From: an uncultured Candidatus Rokubacteria bacterium
Lineage (GTDB): Bacteria > Methylomirabilota > Methylomirabilia > Rokubacteriales > CSP1-6
Direction of reading: 5' to 3'
Length of the DNA: 64,000 nucleotides
Assembly: GCA_963747235.1 (NCBI GenBank)
Contig: CAVVEU010000024.1
Location: 768,364 to 832,363, forward strand
A program made the position numbers and the translations under genes. Positions 62,162 to 64,000 of this stretch are shown here, in pieces. The notes beneath the pieces are model-generated. The model saw nothing but the letters and a program-made list of their open reading frames with translations. It had not been told where the DNA came from and did no database searches. Within the stretch, counting starts at the first letter, position 1. Each line of letters starts with the position of its first letter.

Positions 62162-62426
62162 TCATCGGGGCGCTTCGGCAGTCCAACCACGCGCTTCCAT
62201 GCACGTCTTGTAGAGCCGCTTCGGGTCGGTGGCCGCGCCGACCAGTTCCAGTGCCACCCAACAGACGTGCGAGGGTCTTGCGTGCCGGCGTAGCTATCCT
62301 GCTTCCAGTCCATCTCACTAGAACCCGGCTTGCTGTAGCTGTAGGTGGGGCCTGCGCAGCCACTGAGCAGCACCCACGCTGAGAAGACCAGGGCGGCGAA
62401 TGGTGGACGTGGGATTCCCCCTGCAT
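62162..62426 (-). pseudogene. Small lipoprotein, frameshifted or decayed
   Basis: LLSGC lipobox, YSKPG...WKQDSY, LYKTCMEARGW; upstream TGGCCT-CGCTC-TTGC at 62438-62452. Confidence 0.55.
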
Positions 62427-62577
62427 CGCCTAGGGGAGCAAGAGCGAGGCCACGAGCGCAGTCCTAACACATTCAATGGCTTGCAGGCGGTCGGAGTCTC
62501 GGACCACTGACGCCGGGCACGGTCGGATTCGGTGACTACCGTCCGGCCATCGCCCGCGCTCTTCTCATCGGACCGGT

Positions 62578-62740
62578 TGCTCCTGAACGAGCCGTCGCAG
62601 GGCTGGCGCCCCTGGTGATGGAGACGGTCATGGGGACCGTCCGGGAGCTCAAACGCGAGCACGTGAGCATGCTATTGGTCGAGCAGAACGCCGAGAGGCG
62701 CTGGGGCGCGCGGACCGCGTCTACATAATCGACCGCCTGT
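62578..62740 (+). pseudogene. Fragment of a LivF-like ABC ATPase
   Basis: LLNEPSQG/LAPLVM...SMLLVEQNA...ADRVYII. Confidence 0.7.
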
Positions 62741-62779
62741 CTTCGGGAGACTCCGCCCGCTAGACGCCGAAGGGGCGGC

Positions 62780-63061
62780 TCATGACAGCCCCGCGAGCCG
62801 AAGGGCCAGGCGCAGGTTGTCGCCGGCTACCGCACAGGCCGAGGCCCTCGCGTCGCCCCGGACGCTCAGGATTGGGGGGGGGGTCCGCACCTCAGCGGCC
62901 GCGCAGCGCACGGTGCAGTACGCAATGCCGAGGGCGTGACGGGGGGCGCGCTTGATCGCGGCTCGCGAGGCCGAACGGAGAGCGGCCCCGCCCGTGTTCG
63001 GACCGAGCGCGACCTCGCACGCCTCCACGGGCAGGTCGATGGGTATGGGTATGAGCGCCAT
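62780..63061 (-). CDS. Hypothetical protein
   Basis: MALIPIPIDLPVEACEVAL...; ATG falls at the predicted +1 of a weak GG-N10-GC motif (63073-63087). Confidence 0.4.
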   Translation of the reverse strand: MALIPIPIDLPVEACEVALGPNTGGAALRSASRAAIKRAPRHALGIAYCTVRCAAAEVRTPPPILSVRGDARASACAVAGDNLRLALRLAGLS

Positions 63062-63251
63062 GTGGAATTGTAGCCCGCCGAGTGCCGACTTGCGAAGCGA
63101 ACGACGGACGGGGGGCCTCAGTCTGCGCCAGGCGAGCGGTTCCGGCCGCTGTGCGCCCATTCGACTCGAGCTTGTAGGATTTACACGACAGTCTTACCCG
63201 GAAGTTCCAGGGCCTTTCTCGTATGTTCGCGCTATCTCGTCAAAAGCCTTA

Positions 63252-63267
63252 CGGCACGCGGGTTGCG
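63252..63267 (+). promoter_or_regulatory. Sigma54 promoter
   Basis: CGGCAC-GCGGG-TTGCG. Confidence 0.72.
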
Positions 63268-63332
63268 TGCTCAACGGAGGGACTCTCTTATGGAGCCGTT
63301 GTAATGGTGGTTGTCATAGGAGGTTGGCAACC

Positions 63333-63599
63333 ATGAAGGAGACCTGTAACTGCGGGAGTCCGTTTCTGCGCCTGTTCGACGATCTCGGCTGCGCGGGGTG
63401 CGGGCATCAATGCTGCTGGGGCTGTGCTGTTGTCCTCGAATCGGTTGCCTATTGTGTCCGCTGTGCCGAGGTACTCTTCGAAGGGCGTTCTTCCGGCGCG
63501 CGACTGACTATTCTACGATCCCCTCGAACACTCGGTCCACTCGTCCGGCCAGTGCGGTCGGGAGTGTCACGCCAAAGGCCTGGAGAGTCTTACGGTTGA
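63333..63599 (+). CDS. Small Cys-rich zinc-finger-like protein
   Basis: AGGAGG RBS; CNCG...CAGCG..CCWGC...YCVRC. Confidence 0.7.
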   Translation: MKETCNCGSPFLRLFDDLGCAGCGHQCCWGCAVVLESVAYCVRCAEVLFEGRSSGARLTILRSPRTLGPLVRPVRSGVSRQRPGESYG

Positions 63600-64000
63600 T
63601 GGTCAATTCGATCCGGTTGACGCCTCCCACGGGCAGGTCCGCCGGCCGTGCTCCTCGCAGAATCTTCGCCACCAACCGCGCCGCCTGCACACCTTCGGCG
63701 TAGGTATCGACCCCATACGATGCCACACCGCCAGCCTGGGACCCCGACGGACGACGCGAAGATGGCAGGAGCGACCCGGTAGAGATTGAGGTTCAAGATG
63801 AGTTCCATGATGTTGAGATTCATCGTCGCGGGCGCCAGAGGACATCCCGGGCACTCGCGGTTTTCAGCTCGCGCACCGCCTCCTCCTTTGTCCGGACCGC
63901 GCGGACGACGACGTTCAGCTTCAGGCTCGGGAGCCGTCTCCTGCGCCTTTCGAGCGGCGGCCGCCGATTCAGAATCCTGCGCGTCATACACCACGAGCAC
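63508..64000 (-). pseudogene. 3' part of an ABC substrate-binding protein, multiply frameshifted
   Basis: SYGVD....GVQAARLVAKILRGARPADLPV....IELTINRKT. Confidence 0.7.

Overview
High-GC bacterial DNA. Gene-family content is compatible with Ca. Rokubacteria (Methylomirabilota), but this is inference and not verified. Many single-base indels split otherwise intact genes, most likely long-read errors. The left part (1-35.7 kb) is catabolic and energy metabolism: an aminotransferase, CoxG, MFS and MATE transporters with HxlR regulators, IorAB, CoA-transferases, and a form I (AYRCSFR) CO dehydrogenase operon headed by an IS630-type HTH that runs in frame into coxM. It also holds a benzoate operon in which boxC, boxB and benzoate-CoA ligase follow a 4-hydroxybenzoyl-CoA-reductase-like molybdoenzyme that has Gln in place of the conserved catalytic Glu; boxA and boxD are not in the window. 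The right part (35.7-64 kb) is accessory: lipoproteins, a c-di-GMP-I riboswitch, orphan copies of mreB, dnaA and groESL, glycosyltransferases, a PAS hybrid kinase / MBL-REC / PilZ module, several small Zn-finger-like ORFs, gene remnants, and a dense set of sigma54-type promoters in front of small genes. No rRNA, tRNA or CRISPR array was seen.
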